In this document: in pieces, positions 12,730 through 25,530 of the stretch
How positions within the stretch are numbered: position 1 is the first letter of the stretch
Layout: the number at the start of each line of letters is the position of its first letter
Source: Camelus ferus
Lineage: Eukaryota
Length of the DNA: 64,000 nucleotides
Reading direction: 5' to 3'
NCBI RefSeq assembly: GCF_009834535.1
Contig: NC_045696.1
Span: 66,528,001-66,592,000, forward strand
Program-made: the position numbers and the translations under genes
The notes under the pieces: generated by a model
The model's input: the letters and a program-made list of their open reading frames with translations, nothing else
Told to the model about the DNA's origin: nothing
The model's database searches: none

Positions 12730-12945
12730 TTATTTATTGAATAGTTTTATAGTCTAAGCACTATCCTAATCACACTTCATACATTACTTAAATAGCCTAT
12801 CATAAATATCTGATATTGCTATTAACACCCTCCCTGCCCACTGTAAATGAGAAAACTAGGTACGCATTTAGTCAGTGATGGGCAGTATTCTAAAATCAGA
12901 TCTATCTGCCTTAAAGCCGATATTTTTTGCCATTAAGCATACTAC
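12730..12945 (-). mobile_element. MIR SINE
   Basis: 'atttattgaatag..cccactgtaaatgagaaaactagg..tctatctgccttaaagcc'. Confidence 0.6.
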
Positions 12946-13224
12946 CTCGTCTATGAATTAAGAAAGAGGAAGTTCAATGTCTTGCTTATTTCTGTATGCC
13001 AGTTCCTAGCCCTATGTCTGTTGGTGGATACTCAGTTAAGAAGGTGGAAAGTGAGATGCCAACTGGGCAGTGTCTTTCTGTGTCTTTGGGACATCAGTGA
13101 ACTCTCAGTCCCAGGAAGACTGGTTGTTAAGGAAGTAAGGTGTTATGAGCTATGGACGTGTGTCTCAAGGGATGCTGCCAAGTCATATCCTAATAAAAAG
13201 AAAATTTAAATTGACTTATTGCTC

Positions 13225-13425
13225 ACTTGTGCTTATGTGTATTAACTTGATTCTCACAATAATCCTTTATGGTAGGTGCTGTCATGTCCCCACTTTACAC
13301 AGTGGATTGTTGAGGCACAGAGAGGTTTAAGCTGATGTCCGTCGTCACACAGCTAGTGAGTGGCTGATCCAGGACTGGAGTCTGGTGTGCATTTGGGCTC
13401 AAGAGCCCACACCTCCAACCGCTGC
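13225..13425 (-). mobile_element. MIR SINE
   Basis: 'attctcacaataatcctttatggtagg..ccccactttacac..tgaggcacagagaggtttaag..gtcacacagctagtgagtggc'. Confidence 0.85.
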
Positions 13426-16178
13426 ACATTCAGCCTCCATGCAAACCTTCCTTTCACCCTCCTGCACCTTCTAATGGAAAGTCCAAGAGAGCTGTCTGAC
13501 CATTCTTGCACCCTTTGACTAAGAATATCCAGGCATACACCCTGCTTTCTTTGCTCCTTCTCTGAAAGTGCAAAGTCTTGGTTTGTAGGAAGTAAATGAT
13601 GCTCTTGTAAAGAATAAATAAAAAACAAACAAATAAAAAGCCTGGATATGCAGTCAGATCTGAGGAGACTAAGCCTTCTCTATGAAATTAAGAGTGAGGG
13701 TGGGAATACTTGAAATTGCTGTCTGTAGCCCTTTCCATTTTGTTGACATGTTTGCTTGTTAGTCTTGGTGTATAATCTCCTGTCTCCTGGGGCTGTTACT
13801 GCTTGTCAGTCTCCTTTGCTAGATCATAAAGCTCCTTGTGCGTGACTCCCTCTAATCACTCGCCTTTAGCGGGTGGTAATGAATGACGCTTGATTTGGAT
13901 GAAACAATGACAGCTCCCGTTTATTCAGATCTTATGAAATGCCAAATGATGGACACGCATTTTCTTGCTTAATAGCAGTAATCATATCAGTTTTAATCAA
14001 ATTCATCATAAATGCAAGCAAAACACAGCCCAGACTACTGAATTCTTCCATTTTTCAACAAATGCTTATCAAAGGTTACCAACGATTAGGTCCTGTTGTA
14101 AGCAATGAAAACACAACGATGATTTGAAAATAAAACAAATAAATGAACAAACAAAACACACTTGATCTCTGGATTTGTGAAGTTTATAGTCCGGGGATTT
14201 TGAGGATGGACCAAGTTCCTCTCTCCTTTGGGTATTTCTCCACCCAGCCTTCTTCCAAACTCATTATAGGGTATTGCCTCTTGAGGAAGGGGATGGAGAG
14301 GGTTCCAGGTAGCTACCCATCAGTACCTCCGTGGTAGCATGAGCGATGTTGGAGGCAAATGGAAGGGCCCTCTATTGATTCATCTTGGACCAACAGAGGC
14401 ATTTGGGAACCATCTGAAAATTGTTATATTTGATGACATTTTGCTTTCCCTGGTCTCATATTCCCATCAGTTTCAATCAGTACTTGCTGTAGACCCCTGG
14501 GAGGCTCTGGTTAAACTTGGAATTTGGATGAAGAAGAGGGGATACATTCCAGTCATGTCATGATATCAAGGAACTTTGATCTTGAGTGAATAATGACTAG
14601 TTTTCACAACTTGTTCCTTTGTTTTTCTTCGTAAATATGTATCTAAAAATATGCCTTTGCTTATTGTTAAAATTAGTTCAGTGAATGTAATAACTGCTAT
14701 CTGTGCAGTCTTTTTTGTTTCAGAACCCTTTATTATTCATTACATCTTTTGAGTCTCACAAAAACTCTGTGAGGGGGCTATTTACCACCCCCCTTTTACC
14801 TGATGGGGCCATTAAGGAGGTGAAGAGACATTCCTAGGTTTACCACTAGGTAAGGAGCATTCCATGTTTTTTGTACTGGACAATACTGCCATTACTTGGA
14901 ATAGACATCAAGACCACTCTGTTTGCTGATGTGTGTGTGTACTTGAGCATGAGACAGAAAAGAGATTAGAGAAAAGGAGAGAGGGAGACTTAGCACAGGA
15001 GAGAAAAATATTCAACGTCAACTGATTTTCCAGCTTTGATTCTAGACCTCTGTTCCCTTTGATGGGATAGAAGGTTTTTGGTTTGTCTGGATTGAGAACG
15101 AGAGAAGGAGAACCATGAAAAACAGCCAATTGCTACAGATGACTAGGCAGAGAAAATGTGCAGTGTTGCTAGGAGACCAGTGCTGCTGTCAGGCTCAGGA
15201 ATGAGAACACGTTGGATGGAGGGCACTGGGCTGGAATTTGTGTTTGACACAAACCGTTGACTCACGCATGCCAGTGGGGCTGAGTCAGAATCAACCAGAG
15301 CGGAAAACAGTCAGGAAAGTTTTCCTACCTTTTTTGTTTTTCTCTTTTTTTTATTTTTATTTTTTTCAGGTAGCAACCCCTAACTAAAGATTCAGTGGTG
15401 AATATGGGATACTTAGACATTTTTAGTACCACCTTGAGGCAGAGGGTTTTAAAATTGTATTTTAAACCACCATTTAGGATGAGAAACCCTTTCTCCAAAA
15501 ACAGTGAGCTCGAGGGGAGTTTTAACCTTGTCTTCAGAGTTCCTTTGAGGTAGTCGGAATTATTGATCAAATGAATCATCGTTGCTGAGTTAGAGTCAAG
15601 ATTCCTTTGTACAGTTTCTAGGAGAAGACATCATGGTGTGTCCTTACCTCGACTCAAAGACCTTGTTTCTCATCTCTGTGCCCATCCAAGCAGCCAGTGC
15701 AGCCTTAGGCATGTCATCTTTTCTCTGTAGGTTTCCTTTTCCTCAGATCAATGAGACCAGAATTGTGGATTACAGTCCCTTTGGAAATATACAGCTTTAT
15801 TTGATTCTGGGACCACAGACAGGTGTCAGCAACAACTTAACATTCATCCTCCTTGGGTCACAAGGTCAACCTGGAGAGGGAGATGATGTGGGTCAGTAAT
15901 CAGGTGCTCTGACTCTGCAGAGTCATGATAGTAACTCCCTCGTCTTTGCAGGGTTAAGGTAACACTTCACTGTGTTTAAGAACTACCCAGCATTCCACTT
16001 CCTAGAGCCGGGAAAGAACTTCAGGGAATGTTTTGGCTTTTGATAGTTTAAACACATTCTCTTTCTTGTCAAGATTCCAGGAAGCAGGAAGCTCTTGGCT
16101 CTCAAAATCCAGAGTGTACTCCTGCCAAAGCACACGAGTAGCTCAAGATTAAGGACAGTTGTCTTTAACTGCTTCAAT

Positions 16179-16182
<4 letters not shown>

Positions 16183-16240
<58 letters not shown>

Positions 16241-16293
16241 TTATATTTATATTTATATTTATATTTATATTTATATTTATATTTATATTTATA
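16183..16293. repeat. Compound microsatellite (AT)23 followed by (ATATTT)11
   Basis: Directly visible; AT run 16183-16228, hexamer run 16225-16290. Confidence 0.97.
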
Positions 16294-16719
16294 ATTTCAC
16301 ATCCTAAAATGGCTGGAATCCACCACTGCTGGCAGGGATGGTTGAGCCCAGGAAGAAACAAACCCAAAGTGGTCCAAGAAATATGAACTGAATAGATGAA
16401 ATAAAATCTCCTCAATTCCCATTTAATACCTCACAGAGCAACAGTTTATGTTACCCTGAGCAGTACCAGACAAGGCTGTGCTTAAATTTCCCTGGAGGAT
16501 TTCCTCTGAAAGGTACCTGATGCATCTTCAGAAGAAATACTTTATTTTAGGGGGAGTTTAACTATGAATCATTCCAAAGTTCCGATTTAGTCATATTGTT
16601 TCTCCAATGTAAAATCTGTGATGATTCCTCGGACAGTGTAGAGACTGACTGCCTTCCCCTGGAATTCAAGTCTCTTATCCCTCAGTTTGATCTTCCATTA
16701 ATCCTTTTCAAGTACCCCA

Positions 16720-17090
16720 AGCGACAACCAAAACTCTCTCCTACTTGTCTTTTCCTTGGTACCTCTACATCTCCATATGTCTGAATCCTCCCCTTTCTTC
16801 AAGCCCCTTCTCCAGTCTTTCAGGAAGCTTTCTCTGACCCCTGCAGCTTGGAAGAATGTTTTCTCATCTCAGAAATCCCATAAGGTTTTACATGTACCCC
16901 TCTCAGTGCATTTATTCTTTTCTATTATTATTAAAACTATTATTTTCTTCGTGTTCTAGTTTTTTTTTTTTTTCTTTACTACTAGGCTCTGAGCTCCTTG
17001 AGAACAGAGTCCCTCTCTGTTTTACCTTTGTGATGTTCAAAGCATCACCCACATTACATACTAACAAGTGACAGTGAGGTGAGTGCATGA
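16720..17090 (+). mobile_element. L2 3' fragment
   Basis: 'ttcaggaagctttctctgaccc..ctaggctctgagctccttgagaacagagtc' matches the L2 3' end. Confidence 0.65.
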
Positions 17091-18914
17091 GGTCTGGAGG
17101 AAGTGCTGTGGGTTGAGTGTCCTCATTCAGGGTGCATGGAGAGCAGCAGTGTACAAAGAAAACTCCGCTCTAACCAAGAGGAGAGATTTTACAAGGAAGT
17201 CATCGTATGTGGAGCTGTTTTAATTCTCCAATAGTTTGACTCTCTGTGTATTCCTCTCTTTTGCACTTTCAGATCTTTTCTTTCTTAATTCCAGTTTTGT
17301 AATGTATTAAAGGGAACTAAGAGGATGCATGAGGGAATGAGAGAAAAAGACACAAAACAAATAGTTGACAATCAAAAGAGCTTTGGGGACCGAGGCAATG
17401 GGCTTGCGTTCACTTGTGCACACACCCTCTCTCTCTTTATCTTTCCCCTTGTGGCTGTGATGAGATGGGATTAGTTCTATGATATTCATACAAGTACAGC
17501 ATTTATAAACTGGAAATTACATTGTGCTTTGAAAACTTAGGAGATCACTTTCCCTTCACAGAGAAGCTTTTGCTGCAAGATTATAAATCATAATATTCTA
17601 GATTAGGTTCAGCCTCACTGGGATAAATGAGATTTTAAGATTAAGTGGTTCAGTAATACTTTGCTAATGAATAAGTTGAAATAGTATAAGATCGAGTAAA
17701 TTATTAACCACATAGCTTTTTTAGGAAGACTGAAGAGTAAAATCCAAGTGTCCTGACTTGCAGGTTAAGTATAACCAGTTTTTTGTTGATATGGGAATGT
17801 TTTTTAATCTAATGACAAATCAGTCATTGTGTGATCTGCATCAAATAGCTGATCCTCCCACAAAAGAAGTGCACTACCCTCAAAAGCTTTCTTTGTAAGC
17901 CCTCTTTATCATATAAAAAATTCAGGGAAGTCTGTAGCATTAAAGACATGATTCACCAAATGGTCTTATTTGTAGCTCATTTGAAGTATGGCCTTAGTTC
18001 AAAAAGAGCAAAAGTCTCTGGTTGCACTTGAACTGTCTGTTTCTGTTGTTGCAAGCAGCTCTTCCTCCAGCTCACAATCAGGGGCGTCCATACCCCACTG
18101 TACCGCTGGCTTTGAGAAAGGAAATTCAGTTTGCCATCAGCCAAGCCTTAGAAACGCTGGCCTTGCAGTTTGCACTTGTCCTACTTTCATTGGCTGAGCT
18201 GTAGTTTCTGGGTACGTGTCTGTCGTCGTCCCTCAGTCATGCCCACCAGAGCCGCAGTGACAGCCACGGTTCCCAGGCCACATGACAGGATGCACTCTAG
18301 GCCCCGGTGGTTGATGATCCTGCTATGACACGCAAGCCTGCATGTAGCTGATTAGTGCAGACTTGCCTGGAAGTTGAAAGGAGGCAGATGGTTTGTGGTT
18401 CATTGTGAGGAATAAGGTTGTATCAGGGCTGTCTAACAGTGGAAGGGCACCCAAACCATCGTGGCATTTCTTATGGGTGAGAAGTTTGAGACAGTGACCT
18501 CTCAGGTGTCCCTCTAGGTCTGCTGTGAGTCTGTGGGAGCAAGCCAGGAGTCAGTGGCTGGATTCACGTTTAATCTTTTTCACTGAAGTATGACATGCAC
18601 ACAGAAAATCGCACAGGTTGTTAAGTCACAAACTGCACCATCTATTTAATGAAGGCTGTTTACTGTCATCTGCAGTCCATTCAAAACTCCAAATTAGATA
18701 CATCTCTTTCATTAGTGCCAGCTTCTGATAATCAGCATTTTCACAGGTGCATGCTACTGTTTATCTCTTTGTATATCATGTAATTTTGGTTTTGCTATAT
18801 GCAGTGATGTAAATGCAGTTTTAAAATAGTACAAGAAGATAGTAATTTACATGAGGTTGTTACAATAGTGGTTTAAGAATAATATGTATTCTAAAGTGGT
18901 TTAAGAATAATATT

Positions 18915-19735
18915 TATTTTTCTGGAATAATATATGTTCACCGTAGATAATTTGCAAAATACAGGTAGGCAAAGTACTAATAAGAAATCTAAGTGATCAG
19001 TACTCCTTCAATGTCACCACCTAAGCCTAACCATTCATAACACTTTCATGTATACCATTTCAGCCACACACACCACATGTGCATATATATTTAAACAAAA
19101 TTCGAATCATATTGTGCATGTTCTTCTGTAACTTCTATTAATTAATCAATATAAAATAAAACCTCTTAAATTTTTAAATGACAGTAATGTAACTATTATA
19201 TGAACATACTATAATCTGTTTAACAAATTTCTGCCTAGTTATCTGAGCTGTGTAGTTTTGCACTCTCATAAATACTGCTGGATGCTCATTTTAAATTTAA
19301 ATATTCATTTCTCCTCATTTTCTTAAAATGCACTCCTAAGAGTAGACTTGCTGGATCAAATAGGATGCATACTTTAAGACATTTGATATAAATTGCCAAA
19401 TTGTCTTTGAGAAAGTTGGTACTACTTAATACTCTAAATGTCATCGGCTGAGAATCTATTTCTTAGAACCTCTGCCAACATTCTAAATTATACTTAAATA
19501 AAGGAAATTATGACCATTTGATGGATAGAAAATTCATCTTAATAGGCATTTTTTCATAGACATCCAGTATGAAACATCTTAAAAAATATGTTTATTGATC
19601 ACTGTTTATGTCTTTTGTGCATTTTATTGAGGTATTGATTACTTTTCTTATTGGCATATAGGATTTTATTTTCTGCTAAGGATGTTCATCCTGCACATAC
19701 TTTTCTTAGTTTGTCACTGTTTCTTGAATTGTTTA
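18915..19735 (-). mobile_element. Old L1 (L1ME-type) 3' region
   Basis: 'ctcctaagagtagacttgctggatcaaatagg..ttgatataaattgccaaattgtctttgagaaagttggtac..cctctgccaacatt' is antisense L1 ORF2 end/3'UTR. Confidence 0.8.
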
Positions 19736-21419
19736 TCACCCCAATTCAGATCTGAGATAGAAGACTTACCAAGAACTAATTTGAAATAAATCCTAAATAC
19801 TAGAAAAATAAATTCCCTTTTTAATCACTCTCAGAAGACTGACACATTTGCGACTTTTTCTTTTTGATTTCAACATGTGTGTACCTAGAAAGATCCATGA
19901 ATAGTACACGAAGATAGTGACTATGATCTTTTCTGGAATGGAAAGTAGTGAAATAGTCCAATAGTGCTTTTAAAATTCTTATTGGAATAATTTTAAATAC
20001 ACATAATTAACCTATTTTAAACTTTTCTAATAAAAATTTATAGTGGCTATCAACCAGTATTTGCTCATTGATTTGTGCAGTGCAGGATTAATTAGGAATA
20101 TAGAAGTAGACTGGACTTACATGTCTTTAGAACCATGAGCAGATTGAACTGATTTGCCAGGAAAAATTTACTGACTATTTTAGGTTTAGTTCAATGTTTC
20201 TTCTAGGTGACAGATTCCTTTTAAGGGCTGGTACTAAAAAGCCTGTATACTATGGTTTGTAATAGAAGATTTCAAAATTAATGGAAGCCCTGTGAAGGAT
20301 ACTTATTTTAGCATTTACCTAGTAAACATTTGCTTGCTGTCCAGAACAAATCATGACAGCTAAAGCCAAGGTCATGGTCCTTTGCTTAGCTCATCAATTT
20401 CAGCGTAAAGATGTCATCCAGGAACATGTTGATATTTATTGAGGAAATTAGGTACTTAGAGTGGACATATCTCTTGGAAGCTGTTGGAAAAAATGTCCTG
20501 GAATCCAGATTTAGAGCCAAGGTTATCTTCCTTTTACAAATTGCTCTACTAAATTATTTTTCTTGATTTAATTTGTTCTGCTTTTAAATCATTTCAAAGT
20601 CCTTGTGCAGTCTATGTGTAATATGATTATGATGTTTTGCTCTGGTCGGCTGAAAGATGAATGTTTTGGACTCAATTAACAGAAGTTAATGGAGTGAGGA
20701 CAACACATAAGCATGAAACATGAAGCTGCCGCCAAAGTCTGGAATCTGAGGCAGGTCTGAGGTAATGGAAATTCCCACTTCAGGCAGGCAGACAATGTGT
20801 TTTTACTAAAGATAACTTTTTGAGAAGCCTGGCTGTGAGTATGGCTTGTTGGAAATGAGTGCTTGATGTGGGAAGGAGAAATGGCTGTGCAGATAGTCAA
20901 GATTTATTGTCCTATAAACTCTTGCCTCCTTGCTGTGAGCATTCCCTTCTTGGATGGGGTGCTCTTGATCACAGCTCCTGATTATGCTGGAGAAGAAAAG
21001 GAGAGGCAACATGACTAAGAGAAATCCCTGAATACTCTTGCAGAGGACATGTCGATTTTGTACCTTTAGAAACGCACTAGATAGTCCTAGAACTAGTTAC
21101 CCCAAATGCAAGACAAGAAAGTTGAACCAGATAGTTTTGGAACCCCTTCTGCATCTGCTAATGTACTGTAACTTCTAAGAGAATGAGATAGATGTCATTA
21201 GATGAGAACAGTCTCTTCTTGTCACTGTCAAGTCCCCCAATCCACAGCCTCTGTAGGTGGTGAGATACTGCACTTTCCCTCCTATCTCAGTACTAATGAT
21301 GATGATAATAATAATATGAAAAAAAAGAGAATAAATCTCTAGATAAAATCAATATGAGATCAAGATTTTTGACTAGTACTCTGGATCTAGCCTATTTCCT
21401 CTAGCCTTCCAAAGGATTT

Positions 21420-21910
21420 TCTGCTTATAATTAGCCTTTAATTTCCTTCTCCTACATCATCAGTTTCTCTGTAGCCACTGGATGATAACCATCAGCTCAC
21501 AAATCTACATTAATGCACCCATCTTAAAACAAATAAATCACCTTTGATCTCACTTTTCCTACATTATCACAACTTTAAAACCTTGTCTGGACTTTCTGTC
21601 TCTACTTCCTCTTCTCCCACTGTCTTCACTACTCATACTAATGAGATTTCCTTCTATACCACTGCACTGAAATGCACTCGTACATGTCCCCAGTGGTCAA
21701 CACCTTCCTAAAGCCAGTGGTCAGTTATCTGCCTTCAGCTGTCTTGACCTCTCAGTAAGAGGTTCACTCTCATGACATGGTATCTTGAAACCCTTCTTTC
21801 TCTAGGATTCCTTTCCTTCACTCTTGCTAGATTACTTTCTATGTAACTGGCTGCTTCCTATCTCCTTTCCTGGCTCTTCTGTTTTTACTGGACCTCTGAA
21901 TGTTGGAGTC
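21420..21910 (+). mobile_element. L2 LINE ORF2 (RT region) relic
   Basis: 'ccactgcactgaaatgcactc..aagccagtggtcagttatctg..cttgacctctcagt..tcttgaaacccttctttctctagg..tgaatgttggagt' matches the degenerate L2 LDLSAAFD region. Confidence 0.85.
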
Positions 21911-24534
21911 ATTGACGAGATAGGTAGAATTTAACATGTAGGAATGAAGACTGTGAGGAGGGATAGGAAAGGAAGAAAGGTGAAGGTGTTATTAATTTTA
22001 CAGGGAAGTTCTCTTTGGCTAGAACTTAGGGTAGACGAAGAGGAGATTTATAATATCTACTTTGAAACTAGGAAAATATTTCTAAGGGTTCTGAACCCTC
22101 AATTTTTCCTTGCCCTAAAATCAGTGAAAAGTCAAAGGATGCTAACCCAGTGAGATTGGTGAGCTAAGTAAGCCCCATGTTGAAGGTAGCAATTTCCTTT
22201 TATTGGAAACCAGAGTCTTAGCAATGTCCTAGAGAAAAACAAAAAACAAAAGTGTGTCACCATAGACTTTCTTGTTCTTCTTGGTGTACTCTCTCCAAAG
22301 GGTACTTCTCTAGGGTCTGGGGCCAAACCACATGGAGGCTGACATTCATTCCTTAATTCCCTGAATATTTATTGAGCTTCTACTATGTGGAAGATGCTGA
22401 TGGGTGAGGCTGTCTTGGACAAATATACCAGAGAATAGAATTTTTGTTGGAACTATTTAAAGTGTCACCTATGAAAATACTGACCTCATTAATATGAAGT
22501 AGTTTTTCCATGGTTTCTCAGGATACCACAGGGCATGGAATGGTATATATAGCAAGAGTTTAGAGAGTCATAATAGGGAATTAAATCTGGTCTTTAAAAA
22601 AAATGCAACCTTTTTAAAAAAATAAAAGTCTTAGAAATTATACTTAAAATTTGTTTGGATGTTAAAGAATTAATATATAGGAGAACTGAAAATTATTGCC
22701 AAAGAAAAAAATTAAACATCATGTAGATCAGCAAATATGAGTCTTTCCACTGAGCAAAATAGGTGACCCTTTTGAGTGATAAGCTGAAGATGCCATGTTA
22801 ATTTAGGGAAGATTTACAAAATGATACAGAATGACTCAAACTTTATCTTTTTAAAATGTGGGTATCTTCAGTCTTTAAACTATTTGCCTTTAGATGGTCA
22901 TTGAAACCTGGGGCTGTACCAGTTATTGCTCTGCACCTATTCCTGGTGACTGTCAGAGTGCTTGCACACTGATGGAGTTGCAATAAAAACAGGTTAAATC
23001 AATAAATACGTATGTGAATTCCCAAAGACTGGAAATGCATAGGAAACATTAATTGTGTTATATCGGGTTACAAAATACACCCCAGCTTGAACCTGTCAGC
23101 TCCAACCTCTCAGTATTCCTGATGTGATTCACTTGTCCAGTCATCATGACCCCGTCTCCTGACTCACTCCTCAGAATAGAACAGAAACAAAATGACCTAA
23201 TTATGTCTGAGAATTTTGTTATTGAGAATGCTTCTGCTCAAAGTATTTTGTTTTACTTTTTATTTAGGGTTGATTTAAATGTGACTGTTTATATAGATAC
23301 GTGGTTGAATATAAACAGTCTCACATGCAACTCATCACAAAAAGAGAATGGAGAACTTCTTCCCTTCGGGGAAAAAAGTGAAGAAATTAGCTGCTTTTTT
23401 CAAGGCCTCTGCCTCTCTCTTTTCCAGTCCTTTCCCCGCAGATCCTGGTGACATCTTGAGTTCTGGAGACAGCTCAGAGGGTCTCTGCTGGTCACCGCAA
23501 GCTTTGCTCAGTCCAAGAATAATATTAACTATAATCACAACAACCATGACAATGAATAGAAGGAGACTTGGACACATTCACAGGTCTCTGAGCATCAGTA
23601 GGGGAAGCTTTGTTGAAGCACTATCATTTGACTCTCTGACAAAGCACATGCCTGGTATTTAATGGGACATTAAAAATGCAAACAGAGCCTTTCAAACCAA
23701 ATAAAATGCAAAACACAAGTCTGGAAGCAACTGCAGATATAATTTAAAAAAATATATATATATATTTTTTTAGCCAAGTAGGGTCTGGTGCTGTTCTCCT
23801 ACTTAAAGAGAACCATTGGTACTACAGACTGTCCCTAATATAATAGCCCAAGTTTTTGTTTTTTTTTTTAAGCATTGCTGATTCCTTGAATGCATTGACC
23901 AGAGCAAGAGTTTTCCAAAATGTCTTTGCCCCAAGAACATTCCTTTTGCCTTTGGTATCCTGGGAAGTAGAATTTTGTGCTCAGCCCTGGAAATGATTAA
24001 TTCTGAGTCTCCCCATGGCAAAATGACTGTTTACATTGTAATAACCCACAGCACGCTGTCTGCAGACTATTGGACACTGACTAACTAGAAGCAACCTGTC
24101 CTTTACCAGTAGCTGCATTCCACACATGGAGCATTTTTCATAGATATGAAGCAATTTGTAAAGGTAGAACTCTTAGCTTTGAAGTAAAACATCTCAGAAG
24201 CCATTTATTGGAGAATTCAGTTTGGGCCTAATGCACTGGCTTAATAGAAGAATAGCTTGACATAACTTATTTAAACAAGTAAAGACCTTGGTTACAGAAA
24301 CTTAGAACTAAACAGAATCAAAAATGTCCAATAGGATTTGTCCATGGTTCTCAACTACTCCCTGTTACCTCCCGAATACTGCCTGTCTTCACACTTACTC
24401 TTGCTCTCAGGTCTAGCATTATCCCACTCTGCTATTCTCTTCTCGGGAACTTGTTCCATATTGAAATTTTTGGTGATGGTTGGGGTAGGGGGTGGGTTTG
24501 CAGATATAAGAGATACTTGTGTTGATGGAAGGAA

Positions 24535-24680
24535 AAAGCATTCACTTTGTAGCAAGATATTAGCCCCATTTTACAGCTGATAAATCCAAGGCACAGAATG
24601 CTTAAGTCTCTTGCCTAAGCTAGTAGGTAGAAGAGCTGGGATTTCAACATGGCCAGTGTAGCTTTGCTTTTAAAATGCAA
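24535..24680 (-). mobile_element. MIR SINE
   Basis: 'attagccccattttacagctgataaatccaaggcacagaatgcttaagt..agagctgggatttcaac'. Confidence 0.8.
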
Positions 24681-24774
24681 CACTCACACATGATAACAGT
24701 ACCAGGGCTATTATTAATTTATAGGTATTCACTGGACACCCATTAAGCCTAAGAAATACTAATGTTTCAACATT

Positions 24775-24990
24775 CAGTGATAGAGCAATGGGTAATGTAT
24801 GACATATGGGGTTTCAGTTATTAGAACTATTAACTATTAGTTCTTGAGAATAAGCAGTTACTTTATTCATTTACTGAACTTAAATTTGTGAAGTGAGGCT
24901 ATTATTTGCAAGGCAGTTGGGTCTAGAGAGTTAAATAAAATGACGTTTGCATGAAGGACTGCGGTTTGGAGACATGGTACGTCATATCTA
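24775..24990 (+). mobile_element. MIR SINE (degenerate)
   Basis: 'taactattagttcttgagaataagcagttacttt..tgtgaagtgagg..gagttaaataaaatgacg'. Confidence 0.5.
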
Positions 24991-25309
24991 TCTGTTTATG
25001 GTATAAGAAACAGACCTAGAAGTGCCCAAAGACAGGTAAAGGTAGAGAACTACAAGATTCACAGGGAAATACGAGGGTTGAAGGGAGTAGGGAAGTATCT
25101 GAAAACAAAGAGATGGCATTCCAGTTGAATTTTGAACACAGTGATGCAGGGTGACTGTGATGAGGGCTGAAAGGCATTCCAGAAAGCTGGGGGAGAATTT
25201 AGGGGGATAGAATATCATTCTCTTTGACTGTTGCACATCAAGCAGAGGTATCCTGAGATTGGAAAACTAAGTTTGTATTATCATGTAAGACTTTGATGAG
25301 AGAGAAAGC

Positions 25310-25530
25310 TCATCAGTCATTTATTGAGTACTTAATATATGCCAGGCATTTTATATGCTTTTTTCATGTAATTCTCACAACCACAGGTCACTGTTGTTTT
25401 CTTTATTCTACCAATGGATAATTGGAGGCCTAGACAGATGAAGGAACTTGCCCAAGGTCAACTGGAAATACACGAGGATTGGGACCCAGACTTGCATGGC
25501 TCCTAACATATGCTCTTTTAATTCCATCAT
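25310..25530 (-). mobile_element. MIR SINE
   Basis: 'catttattgagtacttaatatatgccaggca..aattctcacaacc..ggaacttgcccaaggtca'. Confidence 0.85.

Noticed and set aside
16095..16415. ORFs with IYIYIY / INININ repeats
   Set aside because: Translation of the AT-rich microsatellite
23348..23662. 104-aa ORF with a strong internal acceptor at 23441
   Set aside because: No good downstream donor and no recognisable protein
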